Of a stretch of 32,000 nt of DNA, positions 15,190 through 21,583 are shown in pieces; position 1 is the stretch's first letter; each line of letters begins with the position of its first letter. Origin of the DNA: Erysipelotrichaceae bacterium MTC7 (lineage in GTDB: Bacteria; Bacillota_I; Bacilli_A; Erysipelotrichales; Erysipelotrichaceae). A program made the translations under genes and the position numbers. The notes below the pieces were generated by a model, which worked only from the letters and a program-made list of their open reading frames with translations, did not search any database and was not told the origin of the DNA. The DNA lies in the NCBI GenBank assembly GCA_001695645.1, contig LVZN01000003.1, positions 30,001-62,000 of the forward strand. Direction: 5' to 3'.

Positions 15190-15920
15190 GAAATCACTCC
15201 TTTCGTTTTTGGAATTGATAATCCACTTAAATGTTCACGAATGCACTCGTAACCATTTGAGTAAATGATAAGTAGGGCAATTAGATAGTTGCGATGTCGT
15301 TCGATTACTTTACGTTCAACATCAACAAGTAACAAGATGTCTTGAATTGGCAATCGCTTACTGCTTTTGAGTTGGACGATCAAGGATGGTTTTTCAACAA
15401 CGGCACGAACGACGCGTTTGCATGCATCCAAGGTTCGTTTTTGCTTAGGTCCGTATTTTGCGATATCGGTAAGTTGCAGTGAGAAACCTTTTAGTTCTTG
15501 TTGGAATTCAAGTAACTCCATTTGAATTGCTTTTGTTGCTGGGATTTTATAACTGTATTTCTGTGAAGGAAGATGATCAAGTAAACTTTGGTCTTCATCA
15601 TCCGTTTTATCTAGGGAAATGTGTTGATGTCTTTGTTCACTTCTTAGATAGTCAATAACACGCCGCTTCATCAGTAGAGCAGCATAGCTTAAAAATGTTC
15701 CTTTGCCTTTTTCATAGGTCATAATGGCATCATAAAAACCCAACATCGCAAAACTTAATTCATCATGTACACCATAACTAACGTGGTGTTTACAGACTTC
15801 GCTTGTGATGCTTGCAATATATGGTTTGTAACTAGCGATCAGTTGATCTGCAAGAAGTGGATCGTGCTTTGCTGCTTCGACTTCTTTTACAATGTCATCG
15901 TTTCGTTTGTTTTGGTCCAT
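15186..15920 (-). CDS. sigI: RNA polymerase sigma-I factor (SigI family)
   Basis: LIASYKPYIASITSEVCKHHV...DELSFAMLGFYDAIMTYEKGKGTFLSYAALLMKRRVIDYLRSE closely follows the pattern I recall from B. subtilis SigI (EYKPFI...SVC...DEFSIGL.AFNEAI..Y......F..FA...IKR+VIDYLRKE). SD GGGGGG. Confidence 0.85.
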   Translation of the reverse strand: MDQNKRNDDIVKEVEAAKHDPLLADQLIASYKPYIASITSEVCKHHVSYGVHDELSFAMLGFYDAIMTYEKGKGTFLSYAALLMKRRVIDYLRSEQRHQHISLDKTDDEDQSLLDHLPSQKYSYKIPATKAIQMELLEFQQELKGFSLQLTDIAKYGPKQKRTLDACKRVVRAVVEKPSLIVQLKSSKRLPIQDILLLVDVERKVIERHRNYLIALLIIYSNGYECIREHLSGLSIPKTKGVIS

Positions 15921-16011
15921 AGACCCCCCTTTATATCTTAAGCATAATATAGGAGTCAGCTTTGGTAAAGGTTATTCGCTTTATTATGGTGTGATAGCTA
16001 ACTACTATAAA

Positions 16012-16042
16012 ATACGTAGCGAGTATTATAAAAATGGGGTAA
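16012..16042 (-). promoter_or_regulatory. Candidate autoregulated SigI-type promoter upstream of sigI-rsgI (copy 1)
   Basis: Minus strand reads TTACCCCA-TTTTTATAATACTCG-CTACGTAT, about 90 nt upstream of the sigI ATG. Same terminal 8-mers and 15-nt spacer length as 14296..14326. Confidence 0.6.
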
Positions 16043-16070
16043 AAAAAAGAGGAATTATCAATTCCTCTTA
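16041..16070 (-). terminator. Rho-independent terminator after the DJ-1/PfpI gene
   Basis: AAGAGGAATT-(GAT)A-AATTCCTCTT hairpin (16048..16070), followed on the minus strand by a T8 run. Confidence 0.75.
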
Positions 16071-16075
16071 AAATC

Positions 16076-16615
16076 TTATTTATCGTAGTAAATTTCTTCT
16101 TTGATTTTTTGTTCTTGTTCCGGTCCTTGTAGTGTATTGATGATTAAGAAACCAAAGTCAATGACTGCTGCTGCACTACGTCCCGTAATGATTTTTCCAT
16201 CAATGGCTGTATACGTATCCATATACGTTCCACCAAAGTCACCATTCATACTTGTGTAGCAAGTGTAGTATTTACCTTTTAAGTAACCAAGGTGTCCAAG
16301 GATTGTTGGTGCAGCACAAATTGCCGCAATATACTTGTCGTTATCGATAAAGTACTTGATCACGTTGCGAACTTGTTCGTTTTCTTCAAGTTCTTTCCAG
16401 TGTGGTCCTCCTGGGATAAATAAACAGTCGTAACCTGTGTGATCAAGTTCTGCAAGGTTATGTGTTTTGGAAACGGTAATGTCAAAACGTCCAGTGGCTT
16501 CATGGTCGTGTAAAGAATATACGTCGACTTCTAAACCAGAACGTCTTAGTAGGGCAATGGTTCCAACCGCTTCGAGTTCTTCAAATCCATTGCTCATAAT
16601 TGTTAAAATTTTCAT
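16076..16615 (-). CDS. DJ-1/PfpI (ThiJ) family protein
   Basis: GFEELEAVGTIALLRRSGLEVD and the nucleophile-elbow context AAICAAPTILG are typical of the DJ-1/YajL/ThiJ class. 179 aa. SD AGGAGG. Confidence 0.85.
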   Translation of the reverse strand: MKILTIMSNGFEELEAVGTIALLRRSGLEVDVYSLHDHEATGRFDITVSKTHNLAELDHTGYDCLFIPGGPHWKELEENEQVRNVIKYFIDNDKYIAAICAAPTILGHLGYLKGKYYTCYTSMNGDFGGTYMDTYTAIDGKIITGRSAAAVIDFGFLIINTLQGPEQEQKIKEEIYYDK

Positions 16616-16756
16616 TTATGAGACCTCCTAAGTAACTTAAGTATAGCACTTTTAGCGCTAGAAACGACTGAGATGCTTAGCTTTATAAACGGATGAGGAT
16701 AAAGAACAAACTACAATGCTGTGTTGATTGAAGTGGATACGAAAGTTGTTTGTTAT

Positions 16757-16794
16757 GGAAAAACGACCCATTCCCATTGGGGATTAGGTCGTTT
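16757..16794 (-). terminator. Rho-independent terminator after the helicase gene
   Basis: AAACGACC (16761..16768) pairs with GGTCGTTT (16787..16794). On the minus strand the stem is followed by TTTTTCC. Confidence 0.6.
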
Positions 16795-16796
16795 AT

Positions 16797-18398
16797 TTAG
16801 TTGATCATTTCTTTTTTATAGAAACGTGCGTTGATGGTACGCTTGTTAATAGAAGCTCCATCCAATTGGCTTACTGCTTGTTTCGCAATTTTTTTATCGA
16901 CATTTACAATGCAGTATTTGTTGCGAAGATCAATTTTACCGATTTGGCTTGATTCGGCTTGTGTGCTAATCAAGATTGCATCTTCGATTTGTTTAGGCGT
17001 TACACGGCTGTTTTTTCCAATGGAAAGTTTAATGTCAATTCCACCTTTTAATACAGGACGTTTGATTTTTTGCATTTGTGGCATCGTAGTATTTGCTACA
17101 GGTGCGTCCACACTGTTGGTGATCATGGCAAGTAAAGCAGCGATGATACCTTGGTGACCAAGACCTTCTGCGTATAATTCATTGATTAATTCAAAATCAA
17201 TTGTTGTTTCACTCATGTTTTTGGCAATGCTAACAATTTCTTGTTTAAGCTTTTCTTTGCGAATCGCATCAATATCAACTTTGGTTGGGATATCTTGGCG
17301 TGCGATTTCCGCTTTGGTAAACTTCATCAACCCTTTTAATTGGTTGAATTGACGGTTTCCTTGAACTAGCGTAATTGCTTGTCCAGTTTTACCAGCACGA
17401 CCTGTTCTTCCAATACGGTGAACATAGATTTCATTATCTTGCGGTAAATCATAGTTTACGACCAAATCGATGTTGTTGACATCAATTCCACGTGCAGCAA
17501 TATCCGTAGCAACAAGAATACATTTTTTTGCATGCTTGAAGTTGTTCATGATTTTCGTACGACGTTCTTGCTTGATATCTCCATGTAGTGCGTGGGCTTT
17601 GTGATCTGATTTACTTAATGATTCGACCAAATCGTCAACACCAGCTTTTGTGTTACAGAAGATCACACATAGGTTTGGGTTGTAGTAACTCAAAAGTGTT
17701 TGTAATACTTCACGTTTCTTTTCACCACGAGGAATGTCGTAGAATACTTGGTTGATTGCATCAACGGTTTTATGTTTACTCTTGATTTCAATTTCCACAG
17801 GATCTTTTAAATAAGTCACTGCAATTTGACGAATCTGTTTTGGCATGGTTGCACTAAACAAAATCGTTTGGTGATCTGGTTTTGCTTTGCTTAAGATAAA
17901 TTCGATATCTTCACGGAATCCCATGTTTAACATTTCATCTGCTTCATCCAATACCACACAATCACAGTCATTTAGTTTAATGGTTTTACGACGGATGTGG
18001 TCATTCAATCTTCCAGGGGTTCCAACAATGATTTGGACACCTTTTTTAATTGCACGAATTTGGCGATCAATTGGCATTCCACCAAAGACACTGACTAGCT
18101 TAATTCCTTCGATGTACTTACAAAACTTACGAAGTTCATCTTCGACTTGTAATGCAAGCTCTCTAGTTGGACATACAACTAGGATTTGTTTCATTTGGTT
18201 CTCACTGATTTGTTGAATCAATGGAAGACCAAAAGAAGCAGTCTTACCGGTACCTGTATTTGATTTAGCAATGATGTCACGTCCTTCAAGTACAAGCGGA
18301 ATTGCTTTGGTTTGAATTTCTGTGGGTTCATTGTATCCTTGTTCACGAATTGCGTGTAATAATTGTTCATTTCTTAGTATTTCGTTAAATTTGCTCAT
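16797..18398 (-). CDS. DEAD-box ATP-dependent RNA helicase with a C-terminal DbpA-type RNA-binding domain
   Basis: Q-motif (EPTEIQ), motif I (SNTGTGKT), DEAD (VLDEADEM), SAT, and HRIGRTGRAG are all present. The C-terminus IKLSIGKNSRVTPKQIEDAI...IGKIDLRNKYCIVNV resembles the DbpA/YxiN RBD. I prefer the start at 18398 (MSKFNEI..., AAGGAA SD) to the ORF-track start at 18452. Confidence 0.9.
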   Translation of the reverse strand: MSKFNEILRNEQLLHAIREQGYNEPTEIQTKAIPLVLEGRDIIAKSNTGTGKTASFGLPLIQQISENQMKQILVVCPTRELALQVEDELRKFCKYIEGIKLVSVFGGMPIDRQIRAIKKGVQIIVGTPGRLNDHIRRKTIKLNDCDCVVLDEADEMLNMGFREDIEFILSKAKPDHQTILFSATMPKQIRQIAVTYLKDPVEIEIKSKHKTVDAINQVFYDIPRGEKKREVLQTLLSYYNPNLCVIFCNTKAGVDDLVESLSKSDHKAHALHGDIKQERRTKIMNNFKHAKKCILVATDIAARGIDVNNIDLVVNYDLPQDNEIYVHRIGRTGRAGKTGQAITLVQGNRQFNQLKGLMKFTKAEIARQDIPTKVDIDAIRKEKLKQEIVSIAKNMSETTIDFELINELYAEGLGHQGIIAALLAMITNSVDAPVANTTMPQMQKIKRPVLKGGIDIKLSIGKNSRVTPKQIEDAILISTQAESSQIGKIDLRNKYCIVNVDKKIAKQAVSQLDGASINKRTINARFYKKEMIN

Positions 18399-18573
18399 TG
18401 GTTCCTTGCTTTCTTTGCTTGCGCAATTAGTCAATTGTATATGTGAATACAAAAATTAGCAAGAAATACTTTGAAAACCTTAGTTATATATTATAGATAA
18501 TGGTGATTCGTATAGGTACTGTTGTGGTGTAATCTTACCTATATGGGAAAACGAAACGATAATTTTGATATAT

Positions 18574-18596
18574 TTGATTGAATTGTCTGCAATCAA
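18574..18596. promoter_or_regulatory. Inverted repeat TTGATTG-N9-CAATCAA in the helicase/LysR divergent region; candidate LysR-type site
   Basis: Perfect 7-bp arms, about 30 nt upstream of the LysR -35. The geometry is compatible with the loose T-N11-A LysR box. Confidence 0.3.
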
Positions 18597-18627
18597 GCAA
18601 GTTGTTATAAAAAAATAAGGATTCCAA

Positions 18628-18655
18628 TTGACAGTTTATGCAGTATAACTATAAG
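18628..18655 (+). promoter_or_regulatory. Sigma-A-type promoter of the LysR gene
   Basis: TTGACA (18628..18633), 16 nt, TATAAG (18650..18655). Confidence 0.5.
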
Positions 18656-18683
18656 ATAAATGTACCGGAAGGGAGTTTTTGCT

Positions 18684-19619
18684 ATGAATACTATGTTGTT
18701 TACGTATGCGTTGGAGGTTGCAGAAAGTGGTTCGATTACCCATGCTGCTGAAAATTTATACATGGCACAACCAAATCTTAGTAAAGCAATTAAGGAATTA
18801 GAAGATCAACTTGGTTATCAAATCTTTGAACGATCAAGTAAGGGGATGTTTCCAACGAAAGAAGGGGCAGAATTTCTAACATACGCTAAGAGTGTGTTGT
18901 CACAAATTGAAAAAATTAAAAGTTTATCAGCGAAGAAACGCACAAATGTGGAATTGTTTGATGTGTCGATTCCAAGAGGGAGTTACATTGCACAAGCGTT
19001 TACGGATTTTGTTAGTACCATCAACGTTGAACGAGGCATCGATTTTAATATGCAAGAAACAAACTCGGTAAAAACCATTACGACCGTTGCAGATGGAACT
19101 TTTCATTTAGGGATTATCCGTTATCAGGTGTTTCATGAAAAATACTTTACCGATTATATAAAAAACAGAAAGTTGGATATGGAATCGTTATGGAAGTTTA
19201 AATTGTATTTAACGTTTTCAAAAGATCATCCGCTTGCTAACGAGGAACGAATCAAACAAAAAATGTTAACGCCGTATTTAGAGATAGTACATGGTGATAA
19301 TATTGTTCCTTATCTTAATGCGGAATACATGAATGATTCAGGACAAGAAAGTCAACGTAAACGTATCTATGTATATGAACGTTACAATCAATTCGATTTG
19401 CTTGAGACCATTACCAATTCCTATATGTGGGCTTCCCCAATTCCAACAAAAATCTTGGAAAAGCACAACTTGGTGCAACGTTCGTGTGTTGGTGTTGAAC
19501 TAGTCTACCGTGATGCGATTATTTATCCACAAGGATATCAACTATCGCCTTTGGATAAACGTTTTATCGACTGTGTCATGGAAGAACAAAAACGCGTTGC
19601 CCAAATCAAGTTTAGATAA
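18684..19619 (+). CDS. LysR-family transcriptional regulator
   Basis: FTYALEVAESGSITHAAENLYMAQPNLSKAIKELEDQLGYQIFERSSKG is a canonical LysR HTH, followed by a ~200-aa substrate-binding domain. I prefer the start at 18684 (GGAAGGGAG SD) to 18660. Confidence 0.85.
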   Translation: MNTMLFTYALEVAESGSITHAAENLYMAQPNLSKAIKELEDQLGYQIFERSSKGMFPTKEGAEFLTYAKSVLSQIEKIKSLSAKKRTNVELFDVSIPRGSYIAQAFTDFVSTINVERGIDFNMQETNSVKTITTVADGTFHLGIIRYQVFHEKYFTDYIKNRKLDMESLWKFKLYLTFSKDHPLANEERIKQKMLTPYLEIVHGDNIVPYLNAEYMNDSGQESQRKRIYVYERYNQFDLLETITNSYMWASPIPTKILEKHNLVQRSCVGVELVYRDAIIYPQGYQLSPLDKRFIDCVMEEQKRVAQIKFR

Positions 19620-19628
19620 AGATAGCTG

Positions 19629-19661
19629 ACCACCGATTCGCAAGAAGTTGGTGGTTTTTTC
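19629..19661 (+). terminator. Probable rho-independent terminator after the LysR gene
   Basis: ACCACC...GGTGGT stem with wobble-extended inner pairs, followed by a T6 run. Confidence 0.5.
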
Positions 19662-19741
19662 TATTGCCAAAAATAGGTATTGACATCACAAGACAAGAGT
19701 TATATTATTGTATTAGTAATTTAATACAGTGAGGAGAAATT

Positions 19742-20650
19742 ATGAGTGATTACATAGTAAAAACAAATGGTTTAACTAAAACCTATGGTCGACGCAATGT
19801 AGTAGATCACATCGATATGCACGTAAAACGTGGAGAGATCTATGGTTTTATTGGGCGAAACGGTGCGGGAAAAACAACGACATTAAAAATGATTGCCAAT
19901 TTAGTTAGCCCAACTACTGGTACGATGGAATTGTTTGGTAGCACAAACTTGACGGATGCACGTAGTAAAATTGGTGTTTTGATTGAAAATCCTGGACTAT
20001 ATCCAGCAATGAATGCCTATGACAACGTGAAAATGAAATGTTTATTGTTGGGGATTCCCCACAGTGAGAAAAAAATCATTGAGTTGTTAGAACTTGTTGG
20101 TTTGGATAAGGTAGCAAAAAAGAAAGCAAAGAATTTTTCATTGGGGATGAAACAACGTCTTGGGGTTGCACTAACTTTAGTCAATGACCCTGAACTAATT
20201 TTATTAGATGAGCCAATCAATGGGTTGGATCCACAAGGAATTGTGGAACTTCGTGATTTATTTTTGAAACTACAAGATCGTGGCATCACGATTATTGTTT
20301 CCAGTCACATCCTAGAAGAGCTGAGTAAAATTTGTAATCGTTTTGGTGTTATCGCTTCAGGAAAATTGATTCGCGAGGTTACTTCTGATGAACTTCACAC
20401 GTTGAGTCATACAGCAATTGTAATTGAAGTGGATAAAGATGTAGAAGCGAAAAAAGTATTGATGGAACTCGGTGTTCAAGACTTCCGTCAAGATGATAAA
20501 ACATTCTTTGTCTTTGATGAAGATGCAAATCCTGGGAAAATCAATACCGCGCTTGTTCATGCCGGAATTGAGGTTTCAAGTTTACATACACAAGATGAAG
20601 ATATCGAAAGTATGTTCATTAATATGATGGGAGGAGCAAATTATGTTTAA
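19742..20650 (+). CDS. ABC transporter ATP-binding protein (ABC-2 / antimicrobial-peptide exporter-like subfamily)
   Basis: Walker A GRNGAGKTT, signature FSLGMKQRL, Walker B LILLDEPINGLD and H-loop SSHIL. It also has a ~80-aa C-terminal extension. Confidence 0.9.
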   Translation: MSDYIVKTNGLTKTYGRRNVVDHIDMHVKRGEIYGFIGRNGAGKTTTLKMIANLVSPTTGTMELFGSTNLTDARSKIGVLIENPGLYPAMNAYDNVKMKCLLLGIPHSEKKIIELLELVGLDKVAKKKAKNFSLGMKQRLGVALTLVNDPELILLDEPINGLDPQGIVELRDLFLKLQDRGITIIVSSHILEELSKICNRFGVIASGKLIREVTSDELHTLSHTAIVIEVDKDVEAKKVLMELGVQDFRQDDKTFFVFDEDANPGKINTALVHAGIEVSSLHTQDEDIESMFINMMGGANYV

Positions 20651-21386
20651 TCTTATTAAGATGGATCTGTATCGTTTATTTAGACAAAAGAGTTTCTACT
20701 TTGTGGGACTTACCATTACCTTTTTTGTAGGGATTACGGTATTCTCACTTGCTATGGCAATTGACTATGGAATGTACGATAATTTAAGTAGCTCTGGCAT
20801 ATCAATTGCAACTGTGTTTGATATGACGCGGGGAGATTCGACGTTTCCAATGATCATGGCTATTGGTGCAATTATTTTTACCAATGCCGATTTCAGTAGT
20901 GGTTATATCAAAAACATTGCCAGCAATGTAAAAAACAAAATGGTAATTCCACTTTCAAAGTTTATTGTAAGTTCGCTTGCTTCTTTGATCTATATTGTGT
21001 GGATGGTGATTATCATTACGGTGATGTCATTTATTATGTTTGACAATGTCAGTCTGGGTAATGCCTCAGATTTGATTTTGGGTATGTTATTATACTTATT
21101 CTTTGTGATGAATATGCTTGCCTTGGTGATTGGGCTATGCATGTTGTTGCGTAATAGTGCAGGAAGCATTACGATTTTAGTATGTATCGTCTTGTTTGCA
21201 GGTTTGATTTATGCAGCTATTGATTACCTGGTATCGATTGATTTAACACCGTACTCAACAGTTGGAAACTTAACAAAGTTTACAGTCGACAGCAAAGAGT
21301 TGCCAACGATGATGCTCAGTGCGCTGGTTGGTCTTATTGGTTACAATGCAGTAGGCGCAATCGCTATGCAGAAAAAAGATATATAG
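20643..21386 (+). CDS. ABC-2 type transporter permease
   Basis: 247 aa with about 6 hydrophobic helices. It overlaps the ATPase gene by 8 nt. SD GGAGGAG. Confidence 0.75.
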   Translation: MFNLIKMDLYRLFRQKSFYFVGLTITFFVGITVFSLAMAIDYGMYDNLSSSGISIATVFDMTRGDSTFPMIMAIGAIIFTNADFSSGYIKNIASNVKNKMVIPLSKFIVSSLASLIYIVWMVIIITVMSFIMFDNVSLGNASDLILGMLLYLFFVMNMLALVIGLCMLLRNSAGSITILVCIVLFAGLIYAAIDYLVSIDLTPYSTVGNLTKFTVDSKELPTMMLSALVGLIGYNAVGAIAMQKKDI

Positions 21387-21393
21387 TCAAAGT

Positions 21394-21431
21394 AAGATGT
21401 GTGTCTCTATGTAAAGATGCACATCTTTTTA
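21394..21431 (+). terminator. Rho-independent terminator after the ABC operon
   Basis: AAGATGTG (21394..21401) pairs with CACATCTT (21420..21427), followed by TTTTTA. Confidence 0.55.
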
Positions 21432-21479
21432 TATATATTTTTATATGAAACCCTTTTCATTGCTATATAGTATAAGTTT

Positions 21480-21497
21480 TTGTGAAATTCTTCACAT
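21480..21497. promoter_or_regulatory. Rex (redox-sensing repressor) operator 1 upstream of adhE
   Basis: TTGTGAA-ATTC-TTCACAT matches the Firmicute Rex consensus TTGTGAA-N4-TTCACAA at 17 of 18 positions if the 4 spacer positions are counted as free (13 of 14 specified positions). It lies just upstream of the -35. Confidence 0.7.
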
Positions 21498-21503
21498 TAC
21501 CAC

Positions 21504-21532
21504 TTGCACCAATGAATACGATGTGGTAATAT
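21504..21532 (+). promoter_or_regulatory. adhE promoter
   Basis: TTGCAC (21504..21509), 17 nt, TAATAT (21527..21532), preceded by TGg as an extended -10. Confidence 0.55.
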
Positions 21533-21547
21533 AGGCTCAACCAAAAT

Positions 21548-21565
21548 AAGTGAAACTTTTCACAA
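21548..21565. promoter_or_regulatory. Rex operator 2 in the adhE leader
   Basis: AAGTGAA-ACTT-TTCACAA. The right half is perfect and the left half differs only in its first two bases. It lies between the predicted TSS and the SD. Confidence 0.65.
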
Positions 21566-21583
21566 CTAGGTGCAGGAGGAAAT

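Noticed and set aside
21445-21460. cre-like / dyad sequence ATGAAACCCTTTTCAT upstream of the adhE promoter.
   Set aside because: It matches the outer arms of the CcpA cre consensus (TGWAANCGNTNWCA) but lacks the invariant central CG (it has CC). That is too weak to call without a PWM score or conservation data.
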